Shown: positions 30,487 through 40,375 of the stretch, piece after piece
Numbering within the stretch: the stretch's first letter is position 1
Layout: each line of letters opens with the position of its first letter
Source of the DNA: Alphaproteobacteria bacterium
Lineage (GTDB): Bacteria; Pseudomonadota; Alphaproteobacteria; GCA-2731375
DNA: 64,000 bases
Direction of reading: 5' to 3'
Assembly (NCBI GenBank): GCA_965232515.1
Contig: CBDDPY010000002.1
Location: 5,248,001 to 5,312,000 of the forward strand
Position numbers and translations under genes: made by a program
The notes under the pieces: generated by a model
What the model was told of the DNA's origin: nothing
Database searches by the model: none
The model's input: only the letters and a program-made list of their open reading frames with translations

Positions 30487-30864
30487 TTGTCCCTTGTCCT
30501 CTGCTGCTGACAAACAACAAGGCAAATGCCGGCGATGCCGGCGCAACCGATATCGGACGTTGCCGCTGGGCTGGTACATGCTCAAGCCGTGCCCCAGGGG
30601 CAGGACGGTCATCATAAACCCTTCGTGGTCCCAAAAGCGATTTGCGGCAATTTTAGGCACGCGATCGACCGCAATCGCGTTCAGCCGCGCATCATGACCG
30701 GCACCGCCGGATATGATGCGCCGCAAAAACGAGATGCGGTAATGTCATGTTAACGACATACTTGATTTAGTATTTTGTCGCGCGTCGCCGCCGCGCTATC
30801 TTCTTGTCTATCAGCGTCACCGGCGGTGCGACGGTGTGAGGACAGTCAAGAAGGGCCGAGATCG

Positions 30865-31410
30865 ATGTCTCAGGATGCCAGCCCGGCATTGGTACTGAAC
30901 GCCGATTATCGGCCGCTCAGCTACTATCCGCTGTCCGTCTGGCCGTGGCAGGAGGTGGTGAAGGCGGTGTTCCTGAACCGCGTCAACGTGGTCTCGGAAT
31001 ACGAGCGCAAGGTGCGTTCGCCCGGCTTCGAGATGGCGCTGCCCAGCGTCGTCTCGCTGAAGCGCTACGTGACGCCGGCGAAGTATCCGGCCTTCACCCG
31101 GTTCAACCTGTTCCTGCGCGACCGGTTCAGCTGTCAGTATTGCGGCGACAAGAACGACCTGACCTTCGATCACGTGACGCCGCGGCGCTGCGGCGGCCGC
31201 ACCACGTGGGAGAACGTCGTCACGGCCTGCGCCTCGTGCAACCTGTTGAAGGGCGGGCGGCTGCCGCACGAATGCAAGATGCACCCGGCGCACAAGCCGC
31301 ACCGGCCGACCGTGCACGAGCTGCACCAGGCCGGCCGGGCGTTCCCGCCGAACTACCTGCACGAAAGCTGGAGCGATTTCCTCTACTGGGATACCGAGCT
31401 GGAGCCGTAA
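30865..31410 (+). CDS. HNH endonuclease family protein
   Basis: ALVLNADYRPL, RDRFSCQYCG, LTFDHV.P, WENVVTACASCN. Confidence 0.9.
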   Translation: MSQDASPALVLNADYRPLSYYPLSVWPWQEVVKAVFLNRVNVVSEYERKVRSPGFEMALPSVVSLKRYVTPAKYPAFTRFNLFLRDRFSCQYCGDKNDLTFDHVTPRRCGGRTTWENVVTACASCNLLKGGRLPHECKMHPAHKPHRPTVHELHQAGRAFPPNYLHESWSDFLYWDTELEP

Positions 31411-31540
31411 GCACGGCTGGCCATCGGATCCGTCCGGACTTCGGCCGCCGAAGTCTGCTTGAGCGCGTATTAGCACTCCCTACATCTCCAATTGACGGTC
31501 GCCGCGTCTGGCGGCCGTGCGAGAGGGGAGATGACAACAG

Positions 31541-31867
31541 ATGTCCGAGCAGGTTTTCGACGAGACCCGCCGGCGGCACATGACCTCGAAGGACACGTGG
31601 CTGCGCGGCTTTTTCATGCTGGTGGTCGCGTTTATCTACGGGATTGCCAAGGCGCTGGTGCTGGTCGTGGCGTTGTTCCAGTTCGTGGCCACGCTCCTGA
31701 ACGGCACGCCGAACCGGCAGTTGCTCGATTTCGGCCGCAACTTGAGCACCTACACCTACGAGATCGCGCTGTACCTGACGTTTAACCGCGATGTCCGGCC
31801 CTGGCCGTTCAGCCCCTGGCCCAGCCAGACCGCAGTCGCCCCGACGTCGGATCCGAACCGCGATTGA
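31541..31867 (+). CDS. DUF4389-like membrane protein
   Basis: WLRGFFMLV...QF...G.PNRQLLDFG..LS.Y...YLTFN...PWPF. Confidence 0.75.
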   Translation: MSEQVFDETRRRHMTSKDTWLRGFFMLVVAFIYGIAKALVLVVALFQFVATLLNGTPNRQLLDFGRNLSTYTYEIALYLTFNRDVRPWPFSPWPSQTAVAPTSDPNRD

Positions 31868-31994
31868 GTTTGAACCGGTAAGGCAGTTCCCACCGAACGG
31901 GAACTGCCTCCCAGGCCGCGACTGCGGTCCGCCGGCTTATCCGGCGCGCCCGCGCAGGCGCGATCCGTCAGGATCGCTGCCGTGAGCGCAAAAC

Positions 31995-32555
31995 TCAGAT
32001 CCGTTCCGACAGCCAGATGGCGAGCCGCGTGCCGGCCTTGATGCCGCGGCTCAGCACCGGGTAGGCGGGCGCCTGCTCGGCGTCGTGTTCGAGTGCCGTT
32101 TTCCGGTGCTCTTCTTCTTCCGCGCCGAAGGACTCAATGGTTTTTTTCAGCGCCGGCTCGTCGTCGCCGAGTGCGTCCGCCTGTTTCTTGTAGTGCTCGA
32201 CGATCACCTCTTCGACCGCCTCCGTGCAGGCCATGGCGGCCTTCTCGCCGATCAGCGCCGTGCCCGCGCCCAGCATGAACCCGGCCGCGCGCCACAGCGG
32301 TGTCAGCGCCGTCGGCCGCACCCGCCGCTCCACCAGCAGGCGGTTGAACTCGGCCAGGTGCACGTCCTCGGCCGCGGCCATTTCGGCCACCACCGGCTCG
32401 GATTTCGTGCCGGCCAGGACGGCCAGCTGTCCTTTGTAGATCTGCACCGCGCCGAACTCGCCGGCCTGGTCGACGCGGATGATGCGTTCGATCAGCGCCC
32501 GGTCCGACGGGTCGCCGGGCAGGCGTTTGCGGGGCGCGCGCTTTTTCGCCGTCAT
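31995..32555 (-). CDS. coq7: Demethoxyubiquinone hydroxylase (Coq7)
   Basis: IIRVDQAGEFGAVQIYKGQ, E.VH, AMACTEAVEEVI.EHY, EEEH. Confidence 0.9.
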   Translation of the reverse strand: MTAKKRAPRKRLPGDPSDRALIERIIRVDQAGEFGAVQIYKGQLAVLAGTKSEPVVAEMAAAEDVHLAEFNRLLVERRVRPTALTPLWRAAGFMLGAGTALIGEKAAMACTEAVEEVIVEHYKKQADALGDDEPALKKTIESFGAEEEEHRKTALEHDAEQAPAYPVLSRGIKAGTRLAIWLSERI

Positions 32556-33052
32556 GCCGATCGTCCGGCGCGCCGCGCCATGCTGAGGCTGAAGCCGGCC
32601 AGCGCCAGCGAGGCCAGCAGGTTGTAGCCGGCCATAGAGATCCCGAACAGCGACCAGGCGACCTCGTCGCAGCGCACCACCGGCGTCGCCTGGATCTGCG
32701 CCAGCAGCTCCTGCACCGAGCCGGCCGCGCCCGATGGGCCCGTGCAGGCCTCGGTGCCGGCCCACCAATGCTGCTCGATGCCGACGTGATAGCCGGCGAT
32801 GCCGGCATTGACCATGAACGCGAGCGCGCACAGACCCAGCAGAATGGTCAGCGGCGCCCGGCGCCCAGCGAGCACGAGCGCCAGCAGGCTGATAGCCAGC
32901 GCCACGCCGTAAGGCCAGCGCTGGTAGATGCAGAGGACACAGGGCTGAAGATCGAAGCCGTATTGCGCCAGAAACGCCGCCGCGAGCGCGCCGGCGCTGG
33001 CGAGTGCGATCAGGACCGGCGACCGTGCCGGTGTGGCCATGGCCATCAGCAT
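32552..33052 (-). CDS. dsbB: Disulfide bond formation protein B
   Basis: PCVLCIYQR, YHVGIE, VVRCD, GISMAGYN. Confidence 0.88.
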   Translation of the reverse strand: MLMAMATPARSPVLIALASAGALAAAFLAQYGFDLQPCVLCIYQRWPYGVALAISLLALVLAGRRAPLTILLGLCALAFMVNAGIAGYHVGIEQHWWAGTEACTGPSGAAGSVQELLAQIQATPVVRCDEVAWSLFGISMAGYNLLASLALAGFSLSMARRAGRSA

Positions 33053-33094
33053 GGAGAGAGATATAGCGCTTGGACGGGGGTCGCGAAACCCGCG

Positions 33095-33673
33095 TCAGAG
33101 CAGTTTCAGTGCGGCGAAACCGCCCACCAGCAGGATCACGAACAGCACGAACAGCAGGTTCAGCCGCTTCTCGATGAAGCCGCGGATCGGTTCGCCGAAC
33201 TTCCACAGCAGCCCGGCGACGACGAAAAAGCGCAAGCCCCGGCCGATCACCGACGCGGCGAAGAACGCGCCCAGGCTGAGCGCTGTGACGCCGCTGGTAA
33301 TGGTGATCACCTTGTAGGGAAAGAAGGTCAGCGCGAAGATGAACACGGCCCAGGCGCCGTATTCGTTATAGCCGGCCTGGAAGCTGTCGAACTTGGCCGC
33401 GGCGCCGTAGAAATCGATGATCGCCTGGCCCACGGTCTCGAACAGGAAGAAGCCGATGGCGTAGCCCGCGAACCCGCCCAGCACCGAGGCGATGGTGCAG
33501 ATCGTGGCGATCTTCCAGGCCTGCCGGCGGTTTGCCAGCACCATGGGCATCAGCATGACGTCGGGTGGAATGGGAAAGAACGAGCTCTCGATAAAGCTGA
33601 TCGCGGCCAGCGCCCAGTTGGCGCGCCGGTGGCCGGCCAGGCGCATGGTCCAGTCGTAAAGCGGGCGGATCAT
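33095..33673 (-). CDS. YqaA/DedA family membrane protein
   Basis: SFIESSFFPIPPD, PYKVITI.SG, GRGLRF. Confidence 0.88.
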   Translation of the reverse strand: MIRPLYDWTMRLAGHRRANWALAAISFIESSFFPIPPDVMLMPMVLANRRQAWKIATICTIASVLGGFAGYAIGFFLFETVGQAIIDFYGAAAKFDSFQAGYNEYGAWAVFIFALTFFPYKVITITSGVTALSLGAFFAASVIGRGLRFFVVAGLLWKFGEPIRGFIEKRLNLLFVLFVILLVGGFAALKLL

Positions 33674-33766
33674 CGGTGACGGGCCTGTGCGATTGCCAGG
33701 TCGGCGGGACGTGACGGCCTCTTATCAGCAAGGCCGCCTGCGTTCAACGGCAAAGGCCCACGCATA

Positions 33767-33794
33767 TTGACGGCGGCCGGGGCCGCTCTATGAT
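33767..33794 (+). promoter_or_regulatory. Sigma70 promoter of the resident tRNA-Leu locus
   Basis: TTGACG-16 nt-TATGAT followed by a GC-rich discriminator. Confidence 0.65.
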
Positions 33795-33813
33795 GCCGCT
33801 CGCTGCAACCGCT

Positions 33814-33854
33814 GCCCCCGTGGCGGAATTGGTAGGCGGGCGTGACTCAAAATC
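33814..33854 (+). pseudogene. 5' half of tRNA-Leu(CAA), truncated after the anticodon loop (probable att site)
   Basis: GCCCCCGTGGCGGAATTGGTAG...CGTGACTCAAAATC then unrelated AT-rich DNA; no T arm or 3' acceptor strand. Confidence 0.8.
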
Positions 33855-33972
33855 GGCTTAAAAGACCCAAAACCGGTTTCATAATTCATATAAAACAATA
33901 GGTTATTGACGATCCCGGCTGATGTGATACCTTACACAGGTCTTTCACATTCTGGCCATTCGGGAGGGGTCA

Positions 33973-35151
33973 ATGGCCGATGCGAACATCAGCCTGATGG
34001 GCGGCAAGCTCCACGTCTACAAGCGGGAGAACAGCCGCTACTGGCAGTGCTCCACCTACCTGGCCGGCAGGAACCGGCGGGTCAGCACGAAGGAAGAAAG
34101 CCTGGCCAACGCGAAGCTCTTCGCGGAGGACTGGTATCTTGAACTACGCGGCAAATACCGCCGCGGCGAGGTCAAGAACGAGAAGACCTTCCGCGAGGCG
34201 GCGAAGGTGTTTGAGCGCGAGTTCGAGATCATCACCGAGGGCGAGCGCAGCCCCCGCTATGTGCAGGGCCACAAGGAGCGCCTGCGGGTGCATCTAAACC
34301 CGTTCTTCGGCAACAAAGGCCTTTCGGAGATCACGCCCGGTCTGGTCCAGGAATACCGGCTACATCGCCGCGAGACGTCGCGCACAGGCAAGCCGCCGGC
34401 GCGCAGCACGATTCATCAGGAAATCGTGTGCCTGCGACAGGTGCTTAAGACAGCCATCCGTCATGGCTGGTTGCAGCATCTGCCGGACCTGTCGATGCCT
34501 TACAAGACATCGGGAAAACTGGAGCATCGAGCGTGGTTCTCACCAGATGAATACCGCAAGCTTTACGAGGCGACGCGCCGCCGTGCCCAACAGGCAAAGG
34601 GCCGCCGCTGGCAATGGAATTGCGAACAGCTGCATGATTTTGTGCTGTTCATGGCCAACACGGGCCTGCGGCCGGACGAAGCCCGTCGTCTTCAATACCG
34701 CGATGTGGAGATTGTCGAGGATGACGCCACCGGCGAAACCATCCTTGAAATCGAGGTCCGGGGTAAGCGCGGCTTTGGCTACTGCAAGAGCATGGCCAAT
34801 GCGGTGCGTCCGTTTGAGCGCCTGGTCAGGCGCAACGACCCGGAGCCGTCAGACCTGATCTTTCCGGGCAACCACCGGGAGCTGCTGAACACCATCCTCG
34901 AGGAAGAGGGCCTGAAGTTTGACCGGGATGGCCGGCGACGCACGGCGTATAGCCTGCGCCACACCTACATCTGCTTTCGCCTCATGGAAGGGGCGGATAT
35001 TTACCAGATCGCCAAAAACTGCCGTACCAGCGTCGAGATGATCGAGAAGTTTTATGCCTCTCACATCAAGACCAGCCTCGACGCCGCTGCGATCAACGTC
35101 CGCCGCCAGCGGCCGAACCGCAACAGCCGACAACCGGCCAGTCCTGCCTAA
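33973..35151 (+). CDS. Tyrosine recombinase/integrase
   Basis: TGLRPDE, RGK, YSLRHT, C-terminal MIEKFY; adjacent to tRNA fragment. Confidence 0.9.
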   Translation: MADANISLMGGKLHVYKRENSRYWQCSTYLAGRNRRVSTKEESLANAKLFAEDWYLELRGKYRRGEVKNEKTFREAAKVFEREFEIITEGERSPRYVQGHKERLRVHLNPFFGNKGLSEITPGLVQEYRLHRRETSRTGKPPARSTIHQEIVCLRQVLKTAIRHGWLQHLPDLSMPYKTSGKLEHRAWFSPDEYRKLYEATRRRAQQAKGRRWQWNCEQLHDFVLFMANTGLRPDEARRLQYRDVEIVEDDATGETILEIEVRGKRGFGYCKSMANAVRPFERLVRRNDPEPSDLIFPGNHRELLNTILEEEGLKFDRDGRRRTAYSLRHTYICFRLMEGADIYQIAKNCRTSVEMIEKFYASHIKTSLDAAAINVRRQRPNRNSRQPASPA

Positions 35152-35197
35152 CGACGGACTTGGCCGTTGCGCTGCCAACGGTTATGTATGGCCCCGT

Positions 35198-35284
35198 GCG
35201 GGCGTGGCGGAATTGGTAGACGCGACGGCCTCAAAAGCCGTTCTTCGAAAGAAGGTGTCGGTTCGACTCCGACCGCCCGCACCA
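35198..35284 (+). tRNA. tRNA-Leu(CAA), intact, island-borne
   Basis: Acceptor GCGGGCG/CGCCCGC-ACCA, anticodon stem ACGGC-CTCAAAA-GCCGT, long variable arm, GTCGG-TTCGACT-CCGAC T arm. Confidence 0.93.
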
Positions 35285-35385
35285 ACAAAAGGGCCTGTCC
35301 CGTTCATGTTATGGGCGAATCAGCCACGCGGATATATTGTGGTGGTTCATGTTCATTAGTCCTTAGATAATGATAGGTAGCCGCA

Positions 35386-36519
35386 ATGGCACACGATTCC
35401 TCCCAAGTAGTTCTTCCGGATTTGGACTACGAAATGTGGGAGACAATTCGGGCGGAAATTGCAGCCGAGTACGCGGAACCTCACAACAAGCCCTGGATTT
35501 TGGGCTTCTCAGGCGGCAAGGACAGCACCGTCGTCGCCCACCTGGTTATCGAGCATTTGTTGTCGCTGCCGCGCAGCGAAAGAATCCGTGAGGTTCATAT
35601 CGTTGCCAACGATACGCTCGTGGAGAGCCCGTTGGTCATCTCGCATATCTGCAAGGTCCAGGACGATATCCGCAAGGCCGTCGATGCGTTTCAGCTGCCT
35701 GTCGTTGTCGAGACAACGTCACCGGACCCTGAGCATACCTTTTGGGTAAACCTCATCGGACGCGGATATCCATCGCCGAATCGGTCCTTCCGCTGGTGCA
35801 CGGATCGGATGAAGATTCAGCCGACCAGCACTTACGTCAAAAAGCGCGCCCATGAATCCGGTGAAGTGATCTTGCTCCTGGGTGTAAGGCGCGACGAAAG
35901 CGCAACGCGCGCCGGGAGTGTCGCCCGCTATGACAACGGTGAGCGCCTGAACCGCCATAATGACCTTCTGGGCTGCTGGGTTTTTCGTCCGATCGTTGAC
36001 GTGACAACGGATGAGGTTTGGGAGTTGCTGGCGACGGAGGTTCCGCCGTGGGGTGGGTCGCACGACGACCTTATAAAGCTGTACCGCAATGCCGGTGGTG
36101 GTGAGTGCCCGGTCGTGACCAGCCAGAGGGATGCGCCGTCATGCGGCACGACGTCGTCCCGGTTCGGTTGCTGGACATGTACGGTGGTCGAAAAGGACCG
36201 AAGCTTGCAGGGCTTCGTTGATGCGGGTTTTGGAGAGTTTACACCCCTGCTCGACTTTAGGGACTGGCTCGTATCGATCCGCAATGACCCGGAGAGACGG
36301 TTGGCGCGTCGCCGCGATGGACGCGTTACGATTGCATCAAATGGTATTCACATACCTGGCCCCTTTACACTCGCTACCCGAGCAGAAATACTGGAGAGAC
36401 TACTGAAGCTACAGCAGGAAGTCGGGCGAGAGCTTATTTCAGAAGCGGAGATAGAACGTATCCGAAGCCTTTGGGCGGAGGATGCTCTCAGCGCTGCGGC
36501 ACGGTCCGCAGCACAATAA
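35386..36519 (+). CDS. dndC: DNA phosphorothioation sulfurtransferase DndC (PAPS reductase fold)
   Basis: PP-loop FSGGKDS, DTLVESP, FWVNLIGRGYPSP, RWCTDRMKI, GECP, SCG..SRFGCWTCTVV. Confidence 0.9.
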   Translation: MAHDSSQVVLPDLDYEMWETIRAEIAAEYAEPHNKPWILGFSGGKDSTVVAHLVIEHLLSLPRSERIREVHIVANDTLVESPLVISHICKVQDDIRKAVDAFQLPVVVETTSPDPEHTFWVNLIGRGYPSPNRSFRWCTDRMKIQPTSTYVKKRAHESGEVILLLGVRRDESATRAGSVARYDNGERLNRHNDLLGCWVFRPIVDVTTDEVWELLATEVPPWGGSHDDLIKLYRNAGGGECPVVTSQRDAPSCGTTSSRFGCWTCTVVEKDRSLQGFVDAGFGEFTPLLDFRDWLVSIRNDPERRLARRRDGRVTIASNGIHIPGPFTLATRAEILERLLKLQQEVGRELISEAEIERIRSLWAEDALSAAARSAAQ

Positions 36520-36549
36520 ATACTAGCTCCGCTGTATCGGGGGTCTTCG

Positions 36550-36756
36550 ATGCCGAAAAACGTTGTCGTGTTGCTGCAAAGCGACGAAGGGCGCTCTTTG
36601 GTTCGTAAGAAGTGCCGCGCAGCAAGTGTGCGCATGAGTACGGTCGAAGAATTGATAGAGGCTGAGCTGGATCAGCAGGGCAAGATGCGGAAGGCCGGTC
36701 TTTGGGAAGAATTTGACCGGGTATTCGACGAAGCCGCTCCGGAGGATGCAGAGTAA
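36550..36756 (+). CDS. 68-aa small protein between dndC and dndD
   Basis: In operon; stop overlaps the dndD start (TAATG); helical with acidic C-terminus. Confidence 0.75.
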   Translation: MPKNVVVLLQSDEGRSLVRKKCRAASVRMSTVEELIEAELDQQGKMRKAGLWEEFDRVFDEAAPEDAE

Positions 36757-38822
36757 TGCATTTGCGTGCCGTGGATCTCCGGGACTGGCGCTCTTACCGA
36801 CACGCTCGATTTGAGTTTCCCACACCAAACGACGGCCGCAACGTCATTCTGGTTCGAGCACCCAATGAATACGGCAAGACGTCGTTCTTCGAGGCGATCG
36901 CTCTCGGTCTGTTCGGTCGAGAGGGGTTGTTCCTGGTGCCGCGCGCACGTGTCGCGACCAATGGTGATCTTTCCGAACGACAGGCCGTCACCTACAGCCA
37001 GTTCCTGGCCGGTACGCTCCACAGGCGTGCGCTTGCCCAGGGGCGGCAGAGCTGTTCCGTCACGCTTGAGTTAGAAGACGAAGACGGTGAACCCGTCGAA
37101 TTAACGCGCAAATGGCACTTCGCGTCGAATGGCCAGCACAAGCCTTACGACGATGAACTTCTGATTTTTGAAGGCCACGGCCGTCGCCCGGTGGCGCCGC
37201 CTGCTACGGTGACTGATCGCGACGGCTGGTACCGGGAATACATTGCCAACACCTTTATCCCTGCGCCGCTGGCTGAGTTCTTTCTCTTCGACGGAGAGCA
37301 GGTTCAGCGATACGCCAACCGGGGCATGTCGGGGCAAATTCGCATCGGCATTGAAGGCCTGCTTGGTCTTCCTGTTCTCCGAAGCCTGAAGGATTCGCTC
37401 CTGCGATATGCGCAGGCACGCCGGTCCAGTGCCGCGTCGCCCTCCGATGAAAAGGTCCGGGCAGTGGAGCTTGATATCGATCGCCTGAAACAGGATATCG
37501 CAAGCAAGGAGAAGGTGCTCGAAGACGTGGATTCGCTCCTTCCGGGATTGCAGTCGGAAAGCGATGAACTTGCGCAGCGTCTCGGCGGCGGCGGTGAAGG
37601 CACAATGGCCATGGTCGCCGACCTTATCCGCGAGGAAGAACGCTTTAGGTCGGAGGCGGGCAGGCAAACTGAAGCTCTTATGAAGCTGCTTGCCGAGGAT
37701 GTTTCGCTGGCGCTGGCTGGTTCCGCGCTCCGTGAACAAACGGTCAAGCGCTTGCAAGCGGAAGAGTTGCGCGAAAGCTGGGAGTCCGGCCGTAACCAGG
37801 GGAATGTCAATCTGGACCGCTACATCGCAGACCTGTCTGGTCGCGTTGCGAGTCTGGAACCGCCCATTGAAGGACAGCAGCGTGATGATGTTCTCGATGC
37901 GGCCCGCACGGCCTGGGAAGCGCTTTGGCACCCACCGCCGGAGGGATGTGCCGACGACTATCTCCACAAGGGACTGACTGGATCGGCGCGATCACAGGCA
38001 ATTGAGCGGCTGACCGCAATCGGTGAGCGCTCGGGCAGCGAACTGGCAAAGCTGATTGCCCAGCGACGATCATTCGTGGAAATGGCGGAAGCGAAGAAAC
38101 GCGAATGGTTGTCTGTCGAACAGAATGCCCCTGAGGCGGAGCGCCTGAGTGAACGCCTGAAGGAGGTCAGCGAAGAGATCGGTGAACTCAAGACCCGGCG
38201 CGACACGGCGAAGCGGGAGATTGAGTCTCTGCAAGGCGAGCTGGCTGCGCGCCTGCAGGAGTTTGGCCGCTATACCGACAGCATCGGACGCGGGGCGCCG
38301 GCGCTTCGTCGGGCTTCTCAAGCCGAAGCGGCCGCCAAGCTCATTGACGATATTCTCAGGGATGCAGTGCCGACGCAGGTGAATGCTGTGGCCGATGCGA
38401 TGACGAAAGCGTGGAAGTCGATGGCGCACATGGACTTCCGTGTCGATCGCATCGAGATCACTGCGGACTGTGAAGTGAAGATGCTCAATAAGAAGGATGA
38501 AAACCTGCACGACGTCGAAAAGTCTGCCGGTGCCAGCCAGATTTTTACCCAGGCACTGATTTGGGCGATCAACCATGTGAGCGGTCAGGAGTTCCCGTTC
38601 ATTGTTGATACGCCTTTGGCCCGGCTAAGCCGGGATCATCGTCTCGGCGTATTGAAAACCTTCCCTGATCGAAACGGCCAGGTGATCCTGCTTTCGACTG
38701 ACGAAGAGGTGGTAGACGACAAGCTTGAGGCGATTGAGAAGCGGATCGCGGCTGCCTATCAGCTGCGTGTGCGTGACGATGATGGCGTGGCGGTGACCAC
38801 TATCGAAGAAGACAAGCTGTAG
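36756..38822 (+). CDS. dndD: DndD, SMC-like ATPase
   Basis: Walker A APNEYGKTS, FFLFDGEQ, long coiled coil, KSAGASQ signature, IVDTPLARL, QVILLSTDEE. Confidence 0.88.
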   Translation: MHLRAVDLRDWRSYRHARFEFPTPNDGRNVILVRAPNEYGKTSFFEAIALGLFGREGLFLVPRARVATNGDLSERQAVTYSQFLAGTLHRRALAQGRQSCSVTLELEDEDGEPVELTRKWHFASNGQHKPYDDELLIFEGHGRRPVAPPATVTDRDGWYREYIANTFIPAPLAEFFLFDGEQVQRYANRGMSGQIRIGIEGLLGLPVLRSLKDSLLRYAQARRSSAASPSDEKVRAVELDIDRLKQDIASKEKVLEDVDSLLPGLQSESDELAQRLGGGGEGTMAMVADLIREEERFRSEAGRQTEALMKLLAEDVSLALAGSALREQTVKRLQAEELRESWESGRNQGNVNLDRYIADLSGRVASLEPPIEGQQRDDVLDAARTAWEALWHPPPEGCADDYLHKGLTGSARSQAIERLTAIGERSGSELAKLIAQRRSFVEMAEAKKREWLSVEQNAPEAERLSERLKEVSEEIGELKTRRDTAKREIESLQGELAARLQEFGRYTDSIGRGAPALRRASQAEAAAKLIDDILRDAVPTQVNAVADAMTKAWKSMAHMDFRVDRIEITADCEVKMLNKKDENLHDVEKSAGASQIFTQALIWAINHVSGQEFPFIVDTPLARLSRDHRLGVLKTFPDRNGQVILLSTDEEVVDDKLEAIEKRIAAAYQLRVRDDDGVAVTTIEEDKL

Positions 38823-38834
38823 AGACCGTCCGCC

Positions 38835-40367
38835 ATGCCTCTGAGCATCATGGATGTCGTGAATTCGCAGTACCGTACGACAAAGGCGGCGGACGATCAG
38901 TGCGACCAGCTTCTTCGGCGATTGGGTTACAGGGTGCGGTACCTGCCGGCGCGCTTGGCAATTGCGCGGTCGCTGTCTCTACTTGAACAACCGGAGCCGC
39001 TTGGCTCGGGCGAAGAGGAAGAGATGGCCGTTGGTATCCGCGGTCAGCAGCTCTTCGGAGACGGTAGCGACCCTGCGGCCTGGATGGCGCTGATTTCCCA
39101 GCGATCAGGCACCAGCGACCTCGAACGCCGTGAGTTTCAGAATATTGTCGGCGCACACTGGCAACGCGGCGCGGACTTGTTGGCGAGGGATTGGGAGGAA
39201 TCGGCTGAGAGCCTTGGCACATTCGTGTCGCGTCTGGCTGAGCTTGCCAATCTCGCCATAGATGATGGTGGCAAGTCCTTCGGTGGAGAGTTTGTTGAGT
39301 CCCCGGCACCGCTTGCGACAAACGTGACGCTGCCAGTCGGGCCTGTTGCCGAGGACGCCGAAACGGGCGAGCCGGTGGAGTTTCCGCTGAACGCTCCCGG
39401 CGGCAGTCCGCACATGGCAATCATGGGTGGCACCAACTCCGGCAAGACATATACGGCGGTGACGATGCTGAAGCGGCTTAGGTCCATCGGGCCGGTGCCG
39501 ATTCTTGCGTTTGACTTCAAGGGTGACCTGTCCGAGCGGCTTGCGCCTGACATAGGTGCGGACGTGGTGTCGCCGCCCAGATCGCCGGTACCGTTGGACG
39601 TCCTTGCGGTGCAGCTGCAGGACGAAGTTGGACTGCGTGAGGCGGCGGGGCGCATTCGCGAGTCGATCGGTCGCGTAAAGAGTTCAAGAATCAGCGGCGT
39701 TCAGTCTGATGCCCTGCGCGAGGCGGTGTTTCAGACGCTGCGAACACGGAGGGATGATACACCGTCAACGCTGAGCAACGTGTCGCGCGCACTGGAAGCC
39801 GAGTACCAGCGGCGAAACCGCCGCCCTGACGAATTGACGGCGACCCTCAACGAGCTGAATCAGTTTTCCCTCTTCGATCCTCAAATGAGGCCGGAGGAGT
39901 TTTTTAGCCGGAGCTGGATTATCCGGCTGCCGCAGGATAGTACGGCTGAAGTGCGCCGCCTGATCATCAACCTGACGCTCGATGCGCTTGATCGGTGGCT
40001 AAACTCGCAAGAGGACGCCCCTGAGGTGGACGGCCGACGTGCATTGCGCCACGTGTGTATGCTCGATGAAGCGCATGTGATTCTGGCGACGAAGCTGCCG
40101 GCCCTGACAAACCTGATCCGAATGAGCCGGTCCAAGGGCGGGGTCATTATGCTCGTCTCGCAATCGCCGGACGATTTTGAAGGCGAGGAAGAAGGCTTTT
40201 TAGACAACATGGGGCTGGTGCTAGCTTTCAATACGCAGGCGAAAGCCGGACCGACGCGTCGGATTTTCGGTGCCGGTGCCTCTCTCCCTGACCTGACAGT
40301 CGGTGAAGCCCTGTGCCGAATTAGGTCGGAAGCCCGGACGCGCAGGATAACAGCGTGGCGGGCGTGA
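38835..40367 (+). CDS. dndE: DndE domain fused to a P-loop (HerA/FtsK-like) ATPase, DndEi-like
   Basis: N-terminal LGYRVRYLPARLAIARSL DndE-like helices; Walker A GGTNSGKT, FDFKGD, Walker B CMLDEAH, RMSRSKG...SQSP. Confidence 0.78.
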   Translation: MPLSIMDVVNSQYRTTKAADDQCDQLLRRLGYRVRYLPARLAIARSLSLLEQPEPLGSGEEEEMAVGIRGQQLFGDGSDPAAWMALISQRSGTSDLERREFQNIVGAHWQRGADLLARDWEESAESLGTFVSRLAELANLAIDDGGKSFGGEFVESPAPLATNVTLPVGPVAEDAETGEPVEFPLNAPGGSPHMAIMGGTNSGKTYTAVTMLKRLRSIGPVPILAFDFKGDLSERLAPDIGADVVSPPRSPVPLDVLAVQLQDEVGLREAAGRIRESIGRVKSSRISGVQSDALREAVFQTLRTRRDDTPSTLSNVSRALEAEYQRRNRRPDELTATLNELNQFSLFDPQMRPEEFFSRSWIIRLPQDSTAEVRRLIINLTLDALDRWLNSQEDAPEVDGRRALRHVCMLDEAHVILATKLPALTNLIRMSRSKGGVIMLVSQSPDDFEGEEEGFLDNMGLVLAFNTQAKAGPTRRIFGAGASLPDLTVGEALCRIRSEARTRRITAWRA

Positions 40368-40375
40368 CGGTGAAG

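Noticed and set aside
30865-31410. HNH endonuclease as the restriction partner of the dnd module
   Set aside because: It lies outside the island among core genes with host-like codon usage and belongs to a widespread alphaproteobacterial family.
35198-35284. Intact tRNA-Leu as attR reconstituted from the host 3' half
   Set aside because: Its acceptor and anticodon stems pair internally and do not complement the resident 5' fragment.
36756-38822. DndD or YhaN as Wadjet/Lamassu SMC components
   Set aside because: Neighbouring dndC/dndE and yhaO motifs explain them; no jetABD or lmuA-type genes are visible.
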